In this document: positions 64,000 to 64,000 of the stretch, one piece after another
Position numbering within the stretch: position 1 is the stretch's first letter
Layout: every line of letters begins with the position of its first letter
NCBI GenBank assembly: GCA_963763655.1
Contig: CAVXPY010000036.1
Span: 113,320-177,319 of the forward strand
Direction: 5' to 3'
DNA length: 64,000 bases
Source of the DNA: an uncultured Chloroflexia bacterium
Lineage (GTDB): Bacteria; Chloroflexota; Chloroflexia; Thermomicrobiales; JALYUS01
The notes under the pieces: generated by a model
Told to the model about the DNA's origin: nothing
What the model saw: only the letters and a program-made list of their open reading frames with translations
Databases searched by the model: none
Made by a program: the position numbers and the translations under genes

Positions 64000-64000
64000 G

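Overview
GC-rich bacterial chromosome segment. The gene repertoire (udg-rnj-ftsK order, Chloroflexota-type 'YF.ETGH..F..YW...GYP.SE' surface repeats, GAAC-N4-GTTC LexA boxes, F420-type LLM/PPOX genes) suggests Chloroflexota, probably Thermomicrobiales; this assignment is inference. Most of the content is housekeeping: pdxST, recR, hsp20-lon behind a perfect CIRCE, ftsK, rnj, UDG, PGM/PMM, a DEDDh-UvrC fusion, ligA, a pyrC-carA-carB-pyrK-pyrD-pyrE operon, accDA, ggt and tRNA-Leu(CAA). Between about 29 kb and 54 kb many essential genes carry multiple single-base indels, most likely uncorrected long-read errors rather than pseudogenes. No CRISPR array, integrase, transposase or phage gene was found. 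The most notable observations are: (i) a family of palindromic REP-like elements that is intergenic in five places and also sits inside the coding sequences of carB and the DEDDh-UvrC gene, adding peptide insertions; (ii) two paralogous 2H phosphoesterases embedded between carA and carB; (iii) an attenuator-like leader upstream of pyrC that lacks the PyrR consensus; (iv) an accessory cluster of an FAD reductase, a CrtC/Diels-Alderase-like lipocalin and a PPOX pair.
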